Part shown: piece by piece, positions 10,331 through 20,386 of the stretch
Layout: the number at the start of each line of letters is the position of its first letter
Numbering within the stretch: the stretch's first letter is position 1
IMG/VR virus record: IMGVR_UViG_3300033067_000480
Location: 1-47,118 of that record
From: a virus
Taxonomy: Duplodnaviria > Caudoviricetes
Strand: one strand, 5' to 3'
DNA length: 47,118 bases
Notes under the pieces: generated by a model
Told to the model about the DNA's origin: nothing
Database searches by the model: none
Seen by the model: only the letters and a program-made list of their open reading frames with translations
Program-made: the position numbers and the translations under genes

Positions 10331-11086
10331 ATGGCAAGAAATAGTGGTAAATCTCATCGTACCTTTCCAGCAAAAAAGTCAAGCAAACCAACACGCGAGC
10401 AACAAGCTCAGTGGAGGCTGGAAAAAGAGGCTGGCGATGACCTACAGCAAGCTCCACGAAATTATACGTTCAAAGAAGTTAAACCACTAAACTTCATTCA
10501 AGGCGAGTATCTAAAAGCCATTGAAGCGAACGACATTATTTTTGGAATCGGTAGCGCAGGTACTGGCAAAACATTCATTGCTGCAAGCTATGCAGCAGCT
10601 GAGTTATACTACAAGCGGATTGATAAGATTATTCTTACCAGACCCAACGTAGAAACAGGCAGAGGAATGGGTTTCCTACCAGGAGAACTGGATGAAAAGT
10701 ACGCACCGTATCTACAACCGTTTGACCAAGTATTTACACGAGCACTAGGCAAAGGCTTCTACGAGTATGCTCTTAAAGCCAAAGATATTGACCCTAAACC
10801 GCTTGGGTTTATGCGTGGTGCAAGTTTTGAGAACTGCATTATCTTAGTAGACGAGGCACAGAACTTAACTAAAACTGAGTTCAAAATGTTGCTATCACGA
10901 ATCGGTAAAAACTGCAAGGTTATCCTGTCGGGCGATCCAAAGCAGTGCGATATTGGTGATAGTGGGCTGCTGGATGCTTGCAAGCGTCTACAAAGTATCT
11001 CGGGTGTAGAAGTAGTAACATTTCGCGACGAAGACATTGTGCGCTCACCTATGTGCAAACAAGTTATCTTAGCTTATAACAATTAA
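10331..11086 (+). CDS. phoH: PhoH-family ATPase
   Basis: GSAGTGKT, LPG, FMRG, DEAQN and GDPKQ motifs. Confidence 0.95.
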   Translation: MARNSGKSHRTFPAKKSSKPTREQQAQWRLEKEAGDDLQQAPRNYTFKEVKPLNFIQGEYLKAIEANDIIFGIGSAGTGKTFIAASYAAAELYYKRIDKIILTRPNVETGRGMGFLPGELDEKYAPYLQPFDQVFTRALGKGFYEYALKAKDIDPKPLGFMRGASFENCIILVDEAQNLTKTEFKMLLSRIGKNCKVILSGDPKQCDIGDSGLLDACKRLQSISGVEVVTFRDEDIVRSPMCKQVILAYNN

Positions 11087-11092
11087 ATTATT

Positions 11093-11530
11093 ATGTCAGA
11101 TATACTACCAGTAGCACTACGCTACAAAGATCTTAACTTAGCAAACCACCTTGTTTGCATTGAACGTGCAAATTTAGGTCCTGCAGATCCACGTCAGCCC
11201 AGCGTACTCTACTGGGGTGATAAAATGGAGCAATGGGGAGTTAGTGAGGGTGTTGCACGTACCAGGCTCTGCATGAACTGTGCACACTATGATAACTCGC
11301 CAGAGGTCATGCAAGCACTACCAAGCAGCGCAGGTGCTCAACTACGTGCAAGCGAACTACCAGTTACCCCAAAGTGGGCAGATATTGCAGGCATGCCAAG
11401 TGCTGTATGCACAATGTGGTCAATTACTTGCAGTGCACTACGTACGTGCGATGACTGGGAAGATCCAACAACCGATCCAGACAATGCAAATGTTTGGTTT
11501 GTAACTCCCACAGAAGATTCCGAGGAATAA
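11093..11530 (+). CDS. Hypothetical Cys-rich (metal-binding?) protein
   Basis: CMNCAHY and C....TCSALRTCDDW. Confidence 0.7.
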   Translation: MSDILPVALRYKDLNLANHLVCIERANLGPADPRQPSVLYWGDKMEQWGVSEGVARTRLCMNCAHYDNSPEVMQALPSSAGAQLRASELPVTPKWADIAGMPSAVCTMWSITCSALRTCDDWEDPTTDPDNANVWFVTPTEDSEE

Positions 11531-11531
11531 T

Positions 11532-11906
11532 ATGGCTGAAACATATAAACCCACAGAAGGTATGGCAGTTGCTGCCCGCCGTGCCCTAAAGTGGAAAGAA
11601 GAAGGTCGCCCAGGTGGAACCCTAGTTGGGCTAGCCCGTGCCAACCAGTTAAAAGATCGTGAACCACTAAGTGAAGATGTTGTACTACGTATGTACAGCT
11701 TTTTCAGTCGTCACGAGACGGATAAGTCTGCTACTGGATTTAATAGTGGCGAAGAAGGCTATCCATCGAAAGGTCGTGTTGCCTGGGACTTGTGGGGCGG
11801 AGATGGCGGGTACACTTGGAGTACACAGAAACGTGATCAAATTATGCGTGCCAGAGAAAGCAAGGCCATGGAGTTTTATCAACTACTATTAGCTGCCGGT
11901 AAATAA
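11532..11906 (+). CDS. Conserved phage hypothetical protein
   Basis: GAGG SD; GGTLVGLARANQL...RMYSFFSRH...AWDLWGGD pattern recalled from phage proteins. Confidence 0.75.
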   Translation: MAETYKPTEGMAVAARRALKWKEEGRPGGTLVGLARANQLKDREPLSEDVVLRMYSFFSRHETDKSATGFNSGEEGYPSKGRVAWDLWGGDGGYTWSTQKRDQIMRARESKAMEFYQLLLAAGK

Positions 11907-11909
11907 AAG

Positions 11910-11942
11910 AAAAGCCCCGCATATTGCTATGTGGGGCTTTTT
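11910..11942. terminator. Bidirectional terminator at the convergent strand switch
   Basis: AAAAGCCCCGCATA...TATGTGGGGCTTTTT. Confidence 0.85.
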
Positions 11943-11944
11943 GT

Positions 11945-12382
11945 TTATGTGGCCATTGAGCTATAAAGCATCCAGCCATGTTTACGGTGTTCATCAACAC
12001 GCTCGCTTAGAAATGCACAGAGTCCTGCCTCCATTTCGGCTTCTGCTAGTGCATAGGCTTTAAGAAGTTCTTCATGAACCTTTCCGTTGTCAACGTAAAG
12101 TACACGTAACATTTCATTTTTAGGCAATACTTCCAACGTATCCGCAATCGCTGAATGTTCAGCAAGTTGCGAGAAGCTAGCAGGTACATAAACCCTAAGA
12201 GCGCGTAGATGCTCAGCAAAGTCATCCAGCTCATCATCTACCTCGTCATATATTTTACCAAACAATTCATGGTATTGTAAAAAGTCTGGGCCTGTTACGT
12301 TCCAGTGAAAGTTTTCCGACTTTACCAAAAACGCATAAGTTGTTGCAAAAGCACGTTTAAGTGCTAGTTTTAATTCTTCCAT
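11945..12382 (-). CDS. dps: Dps / ferritin-like protein
   Basis: NFHWNVTGPDFLQYHELF...LDDFAEHLRAL...KHGWML; start MEELK has an AAGGA SD. Confidence 0.92.
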   Translation of the reverse strand: MEELKLALKRAFATTYAFLVKSENFHWNVTGPDFLQYHELFGKIYDEVDDELDDFAEHLRALRVYVPASFSQLAEHSAIADTLEVLPKNEMLRVLYVDNGKVHEELLKAYALAEAEMEAGLCAFLSERVDEHRKHGWMLYSSMAT

Positions 12383-12392
12383 GTGGTATCCT

Positions 12393-12968
12393 TTAAGTTG
12401 TCCACCAATTATTGTTGTTATAAATAACACTAATTGCTTGGTATGGTGTGGTTAGCGTTATTGAAGTTACACCATTGATTGTTGCTGGTGCTTGTGGTTG
12501 CACAGTAAGTTTACGTGTTCCAACCGGAGCACCAAACTCTAGTTTGATAACATACTCAGTACCTGGAGGCACTTCTGTAGGTAGTGTAACTGTTGCTGCG
12601 TTTAGTAAGTCGCAACCAATGTAGTAATCTGTGGCAGTTGCCTCGTAATCTTGCACAATAGTAACGGTATTACGTTCCGTGCCGCCAGCGGGTCCTGCGG
12701 GACCTTGGAGGCCTGTTTCACCTTGGGGTCCAGGTGGTCCTACTACCCTACCTGCATTAATCTCAGTACCGTCTGTTAGTGTTAGTATTAAATCGCCAGG
12801 ATTTTCTGTTACTACAGCACTCTGCACTCCTACGCCTTGGGGTCCAGGTACACCAGTTCCACCACCAGTTACAACACTATTAATGAACAGATCGTTATCC
12901 TCAATAGTGGGCGGTAGTGGTAAGTACGGCGGTATTGGCCAGCCAAATGGCATGGTTTGATATTGCAT
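12393..12968 (-). CDS. Collagen-like (Gly-X-Y) protein
   Basis: GPPGPQGETGLQGPAGPAG, with a C-terminal beta-rich domain. Confidence 0.7.
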   Translation of the reverse strand: MQYQTMPFGWPIPPYLPLPPTIEDNDLFINSVVTGGGTGVPGPQGVGVQSAVVTENPGDLILTLTDGTEINAGRVVGPPGPQGETGLQGPAGPAGGTERNTVTIVQDYEATATDYYIGCDLLNAATVTLPTEVPPGTEYVIKLEFGAPVGTRKLTVQPQAPATINGVTSITLTTPYQAISVIYNNNNWWTT

Positions 12969-12981
12969 AAGTTTCTCCAAC

Positions 12982-13015
12982 AAAAAAGCCCCCACGACTT
13001 GTGGTCTTGGGGGCT
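12982..13015 (-). terminator. Intrinsic terminator
   Basis: AGCCCCCA stem with U-tract on the - strand. Confidence 0.75.
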
Positions 13016-13024
13016 GAGCACTAA

Positions 13025-13942
13025 TTAACGAATGTTTGTATTAGTTGGTGTGTTAGTTGAGGTTTGTGTACCACTTCCAACGTTGATAGCACTGTTGTTA
13101 TCACGAATGCTTTGACCTAAAGTCCAGATTAGGTTAGCTAGCTGACCGTACTGGGCTTGTTGTTGTTGCTGTTGTTGCATTTGGTTGATGTTGTTAGTTG
13201 TTGTAACTTCAACACCCCGACCAATTACACCAGCGTGCTCACGGCTACGTAGTTCAATAATAGCTGCATTTGCGTCAGCTAGTTGACGTTGTAGGTTCAT
13301 TTCGTACTGCTGTGTGATTAGAGCACGAGTCTTTTCACCGTCTGCGCTAATGTCTTTGCTTAGCTCATAGCGGTTTTCCATGATGTTTTGATTAATAGCT
13401 GCTTGACCTTGCATTAAGGCTACGCTGTTTGTATTAACTACATCTTTTAAGTTATCAGTACGTGCAGCTAGAGAACTAGCGACGTTGTTTAACTGCGTTG
13501 TAATACCTAGAGTTTGAGTTGCTTGTGAAGCTTCCATTGTAGCTGTGCTTACTGCCACAGACTTGTCAACAGCGCCAATAGCTGCCATTAAATCCATGTT
13601 AGCTTGGTTCTGCTCTGGAGGATTACGTAGCGTAGCGCCTAAGGCGGCTCCGTTTCCGTCTCCGCCGAATAGATTTCCGTTGTTGCGTAGTAGGCTTCCT
13701 AGGATAAGGCCGCCGATTAAACCGCCGCCACCACCTAAAAGACCGTCACCGGTACCTGCACCCATAATCATACTTGGTGTCATTACTTCTGCCATGTCAT
13801 TTTCCTTTAAAGTTTCTTTAACTTGAGAGGCTAGTTGCTTGTAATATTCGTTAGCAAAACTAGCTTGTTGTTTAAGCGCGTCCAGTATCTTTGCCTCAGT
13901 TGCAGCTGAAGCCGATTCTGGTACGCTATCCGTATCTGCCAT
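13025..13942 (-). CDS. Hypothetical Gly/Gln/Asn-rich coiled-coil protein
   Basis: ATG 13942 has an AAAGGA SD and follows a promoter; second in-frame ATG with the same SD at 13795. Confidence 0.7.
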   Translation of the reverse strand: MADTDSVPESASAATEAKILDALKQQASFANEYYKQLASQVKETLKENDMAEVMTPSMIMGAGTGDGLLGGGGGLIGGLILGSLLRNNGNLFGGDGNGAALGATLRNPPEQNQANMDLMAAIGAVDKSVAVSTATMEASQATQTLGITTQLNNVASSLAARTDNLKDVVNTNSVALMQGQAAINQNIMENRYELSKDISADGEKTRALITQQYEMNLQRQLADANAAIIELRSREHAGVIGRGVEVTTTNNINQMQQQQQQQAQYGQLANLIWTLGQSIRDNNSAINVGSGTQTSTNTPTNTNIR

Positions 13943-14015
13943 GTTAATTTCCTTTGAGATCAGATTTTGATATTGCGTATCATCGCGCAGCTCACAAATC
14001 TTGTGAACTGAGATA

Positions 14016-14044
14016 ATTATACCGCAGTTTGCTAACCAGCGCAA
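14016..14044 (-). promoter_or_regulatory. sigma70 promoter
   Basis: TTGCGC-N17-TATAAT. Confidence 0.6.
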
Positions 14045-14146
14045 CCCAACTTTTAGGGTTGCAGGAGCAAAAATGCACGGTAATAAGAAATTATGCAGGA
14101 TATTTTTGGGCAAGTGCATAGTCGCAGGCTCTGAAATTTTGACGAC

Positions 14147-14187
14147 AAAAAAGCCCCCGAACTTTGCAGTGCGGGGGCTTTTCTTTT
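14147..14187. terminator. Intrinsic terminator (possibly bidirectional)
   Basis: AAAAAAGCCCCCG...CGGGGGCTTTTCTTTT. Confidence 0.8.
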
Positions 14188-14196
14188 GGCTAAAAA

Positions 14197-14397
14197 TTAC
14201 TCGTCGTTAGCAGGCTCTTCGGCCGCTGGCGGTACTGCTTGCATTGTGGCAATTTGTTCCTGGGCCTGAGTTTTGATCTTCTCGCTAATAGGGTTGCATA
14301 ATTTAGCAGGTACTTCTTGTAGCGCAGCTAAAATAATGTTTGCTTCTTCTAGCGTAAGTTCAAAGTTAAAAGTTGGGTTTGGATTTTGTTGTGTCAT
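14197..14397 (-). CDS. Hypothetical protein
   Basis: MTQQNPNPTF...; starts immediately after the nrdJ stop. Confidence 0.65.
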   Translation of the reverse strand: MTQQNPNPTFNFELTLEEANIILAALQEVPAKLCNPISEKIKTQAQEQIATMQAVPPAAEEPANDE

Positions 14398-14398
14398 A

Positions 14399-16366
14399 TT
14401 ATTTAATTGGGCAAGCACCTGTTGCACATTCTGCATCGGTGATTTCATCAAAACTGTTGGTGTTGTTAAGATCAACAGTGGTTAGGGTTTTAACATACTC
14501 TTGGTAGTCTTGTTCTGTTACAACTTCTTGTGGAAGGTATAAGTAGCCCAAGTCTTTGGCTGTTTTAGTTGGGTCTGTGCGGTAGATGAAACTTACGCCC
14601 ACATAACAATCCCAGTTATCTAGCAACCAGTCAATAATAGCTGGAACTTCGGTTGGGTCATAGCTAATTGTTACTGACGTATTTTGCTGATTCCAGCTTG
14701 TTTGTAACAACTTGTAGCGCTCTAACTGAACAATAGCACTTTCAAGATTTACTTCTTTTCCATCTACTTTATCAAACGGAACACCATCCCACATTACTGG
14801 GAACGTAACAAGAACTCCAGAATCATCAACAGGATGATTAATAACACGGTAACCCGCTTCACGTAGCTTCTCAACCACTGGGTCATGCTTACTAAATTGA
14901 ACATTGTTGAAAATGTACTTTCCTAGTGGTTTGTGAACACCCTCAGTTGTATCCATGATCTTCGACAGTGTACCACTTGGCTTGATACAAGTAACATTCT
15001 TTGGAGCTGGTAAGCCTAGCTCGTTAGCCATACCAATAGCAGCACCAGTTGCAGTACGCTTCAAGTATTCGTAGTCATACGAACCCATATCTGGACGCAT
15101 TGCAATACCAGTTAAACCTACACCGCAAAGTCTGAGGAAATAGTTGTTAAGATGCCAAGATTCCTGAAGAATACCGTCGAGTAAGTTAACACACGTTTGT
15201 CGGTAGTTGGCACGAGCTGCAAGTCGTATAGCGTTGTGCAAGCCGGCAGTGTCGCCTTTGAACTTGGCAATGTCAGTTTCGGTAAGGTTACAGAAAGCCT
15301 TGTTACCGAGTAAGATTTCAACGCATGGATTGGCTCCCTTAAACCATGGAGCGCGGCGGAGTGCTTCGACTTCATTAATAAATCCTGGCTCACTACCACC
15401 CGCCTCGATCATCATACCAAAGATACGTTCTAGATCGGACTTAAGCGGTTTCTTCTTAAATACTAGAGAATTGTTTGACTGTGTGCGGTGTGCATTGTTA
15501 TGCAACCACCAATCTTTCTTGGCTACTGCGAATTCTTCCCACTCTGGCTGGTCATAGTCAAAAAGCGCAATCTCAGCACTTCTGCGACTAGAAAGGATGG
15601 TGCCAAGATGATTGACAATATCCAAAATATCCATACGAGTAAGTAGACTGTCAGCCCGACCATTGAGAATATTAGCAATGGCAGTATAAGCAGTGCTAAT
15701 AGCAGCATCTCCACTAGAAATCCAGCCATATCCTTTTAGCCTTTCACCAGCAGGTCGTAACTGTGAAAAATCAAGAACCAAAGTATCAGCAGCGTACTTG
15801 CCCGCAAGCAGCTTACCAATAGACTTTGCCCAAGCTTCTGCACTATCTCCGACTTGGATTGTCCAAGTTTTAGTTTCTGGGTCAAACCATTCACTGTTGT
15901 GCTCATTGCCACCTTTTTCTGTACGAGTACTGCGAATAACTCGAATATTTTTAATTGGCTTGCTAAAACCGTTTAGCGTACCAACAATCGGCTTAAATCC
16001 AACACCACAGCCTTGTAACAACAGCCACAAGACGTCAACTACGTCATAAACTGTTTCAACGTGTGTGAAGCTGCAATTAAATTGTGATGCTTCGCGTGTT
16101 TTAGCAACATTAGTTCCACCAAGCCAAAGTGTACGACCACTCATTAGAACTTTGCGATCTAGCATTAATTGCTCAAGATCATACAGTTCGGCGTATTCTA
16201 CGTCGTTTAGGTCACGACCAACTGCTCGGCTCCATAACCACTCTTGATGGTCAATAACGCGAGCTACTGTTTCTTGCCATGTTTCAAATTGTTTTCCGTC
16301 GTCTGAGGTAGGGCGGTTGTATGTACGACGTGTGATTACTTGTGCTCGTGTTGAAACTGCTGTCAT
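14399..16366 (-). CDS. nrdJ: Class II (B12-dependent) ribonucleotide reductase
   Basis: RRTYNR, GRTLW, FNC, RRSA, NPCVEI, TCIKPSGT and C-terminal CATGACPIK; no small-subunit gene adjacent. Confidence 0.92.
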   Translation of the reverse strand: MTAVSTRAQVITRRTYNRPTSDDGKQFETWQETVARVIDHQEWLWSRAVGRDLNDVEYAELYDLEQLMLDRKVLMSGRTLWLGGTNVAKTREASQFNCSFTHVETVYDVVDVLWLLLQGCGVGFKPIVGTLNGFSKPIKNIRVIRSTRTEKGGNEHNSEWFDPETKTWTIQVGDSAEAWAKSIGKLLAGKYAADTLVLDFSQLRPAGERLKGYGWISSGDAAISTAYTAIANILNGRADSLLTRMDILDIVNHLGTILSSRRSAEIALFDYDQPEWEEFAVAKKDWWLHNNAHRTQSNNSLVFKKKPLKSDLERIFGMMIEAGGSEPGFINEVEALRRAPWFKGANPCVEILLGNKAFCNLTETDIAKFKGDTAGLHNAIRLAARANYRQTCVNLLDGILQESWHLNNYFLRLCGVGLTGIAMRPDMGSYDYEYLKRTATGAAIGMANELGLPAPKNVTCIKPSGTLSKIMDTTEGVHKPLGKYIFNNVQFSKHDPVVEKLREAGYRVINHPVDDSGVLVTFPVMWDGVPFDKVDGKEVNLESAIVQLERYKLLQTSWNQQNTSVTISYDPTEVPAIIDWLLDNWDCYVGVSFIYRTDPTKTAKDLGYLYLPQEVVTEQDYQEYVKTLTTVDLNNTNSFDEITDAECATGACPIK

Positions 16367-16382
16367 TAAAGATCTTTCTTAT

Positions 16383-16880
16383 TTATTGTCCAGTACTGCC
16401 GAAACCGCCAGTACCACGTTTTGTGTCATTCCAGCTATCGAAAAAGTCCACGATTTGAACTGGCTGGATTACAAGCTGGGCAATTCTGTCACCAGCTTCG
16501 ATTTTGTAAGGGTCTTCCCCAATATTTTTTAGCAAAACTTTTAAATTTCCACGGTAATCACTATCAATGACTCCAACAGAATGTGGGATTGTAATGCCTT
16601 TTTTCCCTTGCGAGCTCCTATTGTAAATAAGGCCCACGAAACCCTCTGGAATTTTGATGGCTATACCCGTATCAACAAGTTTTTGTTCTTGAGGATAGAT
16701 TTCAATCCACTGAGAGCTAGTTTCTGGGAACCAGGCAAAAAGGTCTGCACCTGCATCGGTTGGGTGTGCACGCTGTGGCAAGATAGCACCTGGCTGTACT
16801 TGGCAAGGAAGTTTAGGGTTATTACGATAGGCCATAACATTAGGATCGTAAGTACCCTTAAGTAGATATTGTTCGTTCAT
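16383..16880 (-). CDS. dut: Trimeric dUTPase
   Basis: AGADL, RSS, GVIDSDYRG, RIAQL and RGTGGFGSTG. Confidence 0.97.
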   Translation of the reverse strand: MNEQYLLKGTYDPNVMAYRNNPKLPCQVQPGAILPQRAHPTDAGADLFAWFPETSSQWIEIYPQEQKLVDTGIAIKIPEGFVGLIYNRSSQGKKGITIPHSVGVIDSDYRGNLKVLLKNIGEDPYKIEAGDRIAQLVIQPVQIVDFFDSWNDTKRGTGGFGSTGQ

Positions 16881-17722
16881 TTTAGGTAAAGATGTAGTGT
16901 TTCGTCGATTGTTTGCAGATTAGCTTCGCCAATAGCTTCTTCACAGTGAGTGACTAAGTCCATTAGCTGGTAGTTGAGTAGTAACAAGTCTTTGCATTTA
17001 TTAAGGTTCTGAATATAAACATACTTGCCGGGAATTGGGATGCTAGCCGCAATATCGTAAGCAGTGCCGTATTGTTTTACCAACTCTACAGCTCGTTTAG
17101 GGCCAATCTTATCAACACCCAGTACATTATCGCCACTATCTCCCATTAGGCATTTAATCGAGATATAGTCTTCAGGATCAAAGTCATAATGGTCATTCCA
17201 GTTATCAACCGTAACTTCTTTACGAGTAACATAGGAGAATCGACTTACACCAGGTCCAACTAACAAGTCCCAGTCACGATCACTAGAGATCAACCAAATA
17301 TCGTCTGTGCTCAGTTTAGACTTTTGCGATACAATGTAAGCAGCAATATCGTCAGCTTCAACGCCCTGGAACTTTAGTACAGGATACGTAGTGGTTTCTT
17401 CAATCTGCTTAATAGTGGCAAGAAAATCCTCAAAGAAAAGCTCAAATGCCGCTTTTTCAGCATCGGTTTGTTCTGCCTGCTTATCTTTACGATTTTGCTT
17501 ATAGTCTGGATAAATACTCTTACGATAACTAGAACTACCTTGATCGCAAGCAATAATAACGTGTGACGCTTTATAAGATTTTTTAAGACTATCTACTGTA
17601 CGAATATAGTCGGTAGCAAAGTCTGTGGCACCGCTGTGCTTGTAGCGAAATGCCAGGTTTAGTGCGTCCACAATCAGTAGTGTGTTATTTGATTCAGTGG
17701 CTTTTTTAAATGTAATACTCAT
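16877..17722 (-). CDS. 5'-3' exonuclease / flap endonuclease (T5 D15-like)
   Basis: IVDALNL, YKQNR, EADD, DRDWD and GDSGDN..GV.KIGPKRA. Confidence 0.92.
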   Translation of the reverse strand: MSITFKKATESNNTLLIVDALNLAFRYKHSGATDFATDYIRTVDSLKKSYKASHVIIACDQGSSSYRKSIYPDYKQNRKDKQAEQTDAEKAAFELFFEDFLATIKQIEETTTYPVLKFQGVEADDIAAYIVSQKSKLSTDDIWLISSDRDWDLLVGPGVSRFSYVTRKEVTVDNWNDHYDFDPEDYISIKCLMGDSGDNVLGVDKIGPKRAVELVKQYGTAYDIAASIPIPGKYVYIQNLNKCKDLLLLNYQLMDLVTHCEEAIGEANLQTIDETLHLYLK

Positions 17723-17748
17723 GTGTATAATCTTGTGGTTAAGTGTAT

Positions 17749-17777
17749 ATTATACACTATTAACCTGGCTGTTTCAA
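17749..17777 (-). promoter_or_regulatory. sigma70 promoter
   Basis: TTGAAA-N17-TATAAT. Confidence 0.7.
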
Positions 17778-18232
17778 GTTACAAATTGTGGTTGCTCGTG
17801 CAGTAACCAATCTTCTAGTAGTGCTACAAAGAACTCGTGCTCTCCGCAGTTTATAAAAAAGTATCTGTAACGATTAGTGGTAGGCATTTCTTCAAAAGCT
17901 ACAAATACCTTGCTGCGATTGAATTTAAAAATTAGTAGAGGTTGCTTGCCAACTTGATGACCTTGGCGAATACTTTGCTCCCAGAATTCTACTAACTGAG
18001 GGCTTTTGCCTGTTAGTACTGCACTGGTAAGGTGGTCTTCTGCATAGCCCTTGACTTCAACGCACCACAGGTTAGTACGCCCAGGTACGTAAAGGTCGCC
18101 CTTTAGTAGGTGTTTAGGGTCAAGTGCACCAGAGCCAGGTACCCGCTCCCACCCTAAACCTGTATGTTTCTTTAAGAGATCACGTACTGTAGTTTCAGTA
18201 CGTGCACCCTTAGCTCTAGCGTCTACAACCAT
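17774..18232 (-). CDS. PD-(D/E)xK Holliday-junction resolvase-like nuclease (T5 D14-like)
   Basis: KGARTE...SGA...GDL...VEVK; T5 synteny. Confidence 0.8.
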   Translation of the reverse strand: MVVDARAKGARTETTVRDLLKKHTGLGWERVPGSGALDPKHLLKGDLYVPGRTNLWCVEVKGYAEDHLTSAVLTGKSPQLVEFWEQSIRQGHQVGKQPLLIFKFNRSKVFVAFEEMPTTNRYRYFFINCGEHEFFVALLEDWLLHEQPQFVT

Positions 18233-18546
18233 TACTTTTTACGTGGAGCAGGCTTAACAATAGCTGGCTTTGCTACTTCCGGAACCGTGGCAGCTTCACT
18301 TGCAATTTCCACGGCAGGCTCACTCTGTGCAGCAGGCTCGGGACTTTTGATAGGCACTGGAGCTTCGCCTCCTTGCAGCTCCACAATCTCGGTTTCGTCC
18401 ACTGTATACAGCAGACTGCCACCAATTAGTTCTAGAGTTTCTAACTCGGCAGCAGTAATATTCATTGCTAAATAAACTGGCTGCTTAACACCGTTACGAA
18501 TAATAGTTGCCTTAGCACCATCATTTAATCGTTCGATTTTAATCAT
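18232..18546 (-). CDS. Hypothetical protein
   Basis: ORF within the operon, Ala/Pro-rich tail. Confidence 0.6.
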   Translation of the reverse strand: MIKIERLNDGAKATIIRNGVKQPVYLAMNITAAELETLELIGGSLLYTVDETEIVELQGGEAPVPIKSPEPAAQSEPAVEIASEAATVPEVAKPAIVKPAPRKK

Positions 18547-18547
18547 A

Positions 18548-20386
18548 TCATACCTCAATTTGTGATATATTATTGCTTTTAACCACAGTTACTTTTTCTA
18601 GTAGTGGATGGCTAAAACCATGAGACACTAAAAAGGTATTTAGGTGCTCTTCACGCAATAAAACTTCAATTAAACGCTCCTTGCCGTCTATGTCTAGTGC
18701 CTCCACAGTTTCATCCAAGATTAACAAGTTAATACGAGACGAACTTAGCGTTTGCATTAGTTTACGAATTGCTAGTAGCGTTGCTACGTTTACTCTGGCA
18801 CGTTCACCACCGCTTAGTGCCAACATTTCAATATCTCTGCCATTGTCTGTGATAACAACATTTAATTTATCACTGGCGGATATTTTAAACCCAATTTGAA
18901 ATCTACCATCACTTAGATCAACCAAGTACTTATTGGTAATTTCTTCTAGATCTTTAACTAAACACTCAATCTTATAGGCTACCAGGCCAGTAGTAGAGAA
19001 TGTTTTAGTCAACACATTAACAATACTCATGCGCTCAGAAAGTTCATGTAGTTTGTTGCTGTAAGTTTCTAGCTCCTCGTTCATTTCTACCATTTGCTTA
19101 GAAATGATTTCAACTTTTGCGTTATGAGAGCTAGCTGCTAAGTTATGTTTTTCTGCACGAGCAATAGCATCCTTTAGGGTAGCTATTGACTTTTGTACTG
19201 CAATAAACTTAGACTCTAATTCGTTTTTGTCTAGCAGGTCTGACTGAATAGACTCGTCAATAAGTGCGTGGTATTGTTCCCACTCTTCTTTAGACTTGTT
19301 AGCAGCTTCCCATGCTTTAAGGCGTGTACTAATGTCACTGCGAATAGTATCAATTTCTGCAATACGAGCACTAATACGTGCGCTAGCAGCTTTAGCACTT
19401 TGTTGAATCGACTCTTGCTCAGCAACTAGCTCGGCAATCTTGGCTTCATCAATCTCTTGTAAACAAGTCGGGCACGTTCCGTGCAAGGCACCAATCTTTT
19501 TAGTAAATGCTTGCGAATCGCGAATGGTTTTTGCTAATTCCACAGATTCCGTATTTAGCTTGGCGGCTTCTGATACTAACGGTTTAGGGTCTTCAGTTGG
19601 CTTTTCCGGAATAGGGAATAGCTTGATCTTGCCTTGCAGCTGCTTGTATGTATTATTCTGCGAAATCTTCTTATTAGTAGACTCGATGTTTTGAATACTA
19701 CTGGCTAGCTTATCTAGCTCTACTAGCTGGTCGCTGTCTATGGCATCTACAGGTATTAGTGGCTGTGGGGTTAAGTCAGTACCGCTATATTTATTAAGCC
19801 AAGCATTCACAGTATTAACTTGTGATTGTACACTAGTAATGTCTTTGCTGAGTTCTTGAGCTGTTTGCTTAAAAACTTCTTGCGCCTGAGTATACTTACC
19901 TAAGTTTAGGATTTCAATCAAAAACTTTTTGCGAGCAGTATCTGGAGCCGTTAAAAATTCTAGGCTACCTGCGTTTGATTGGTAAACAATCTGTGAAAAC
20001 GTTTTGTGGTCAAAGCCTAGGATTTCTTCAATATTTTTATATGTTTGCGTGGCTGTGTGGGCACTAATGTCCACACCATTTTTATATAGCTTAACAGTTT
20101 GTGTTGTTCCGCGTTTTGACTCAATACGGTACTCAGTACCATCTTTATCAAAAACTAATCCAATAGTATATGCTTTATCTTTTACGTATCGGTTAAGAAT
20201 GTCAGCTTTTTTAATTGACTTGCTATTCTTATTGAACAGCACTTCTTCAAGCACTAGGGCAATAGAACTCTTGCCATGACCATTCTTGCCTACTAACTGT
20301 GTAAGAGCCGCGCTAGAGAAATCAATACGATTATCTGCACCGTAAGAGAAGGCATTAGACCAACTCAACTCTTTAATTGTAATCAT
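18548..20386 (-). CDS. SbcC/Rad50-like ATPase (T5 D13-like)
   Basis: GKNGHGKS, CPTC zinc hook, LSGGE and LILDE. Confidence 0.93.
   Translation of the reverse strand: MITIKELSWSNAFSYGADNRIDFSSAALTQLVGKNGHGKSSIALVLEEVLFNKNSKSIKKADILNRYVKDKAYTIGLVFDKDGTEYRIESKRGTTQTVKLYKNGVDISAHTATQTYKNIEEILGFDHKTFSQIVYQSNAGSLEFLTAPDTARKKFLIEILNLGKYTQAQEVFKQTAQELSKDITSVQSQVNTVNAWLNKYSGTDLTPQPLIPVDAIDSDQLVELDKLASSIQNIESTNKKISQNNTYKQLQGKIKLFPIPEKPTEDPKPLVSEAAKLNTESVELAKTIRDSQAFTKKIGALHGTCPTCLQEIDEAKIAELVAEQESIQQSAKAASARISARIAEIDTIRSDISTRLKAWEAANKSKEEWEQYHALIDESIQSDLLDKNELESKFIAVQKSIATLKDAIARAEKHNLAASSHNAKVEIISKQMVEMNEELETYSNKLHELSERMSIVNVLTKTFSTTGLVAYKIECLVKDLEEITNKYLVDLSDGRFQIGFKISASDKLNVVITDNGRDIEMLALSGGERARVNVATLLAIRKLMQTLSSSRINLLILDETVEALDIDGKERLIEVLLREEHLNTFLVSHGFSHPLLEKVTVVKSNNISQIEV

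Noticed and set aside
13943-14119. N-terminal extension of the 364-aa ORF
   Set aside because: Spans a promoter; a strong SD supports the start at 13942
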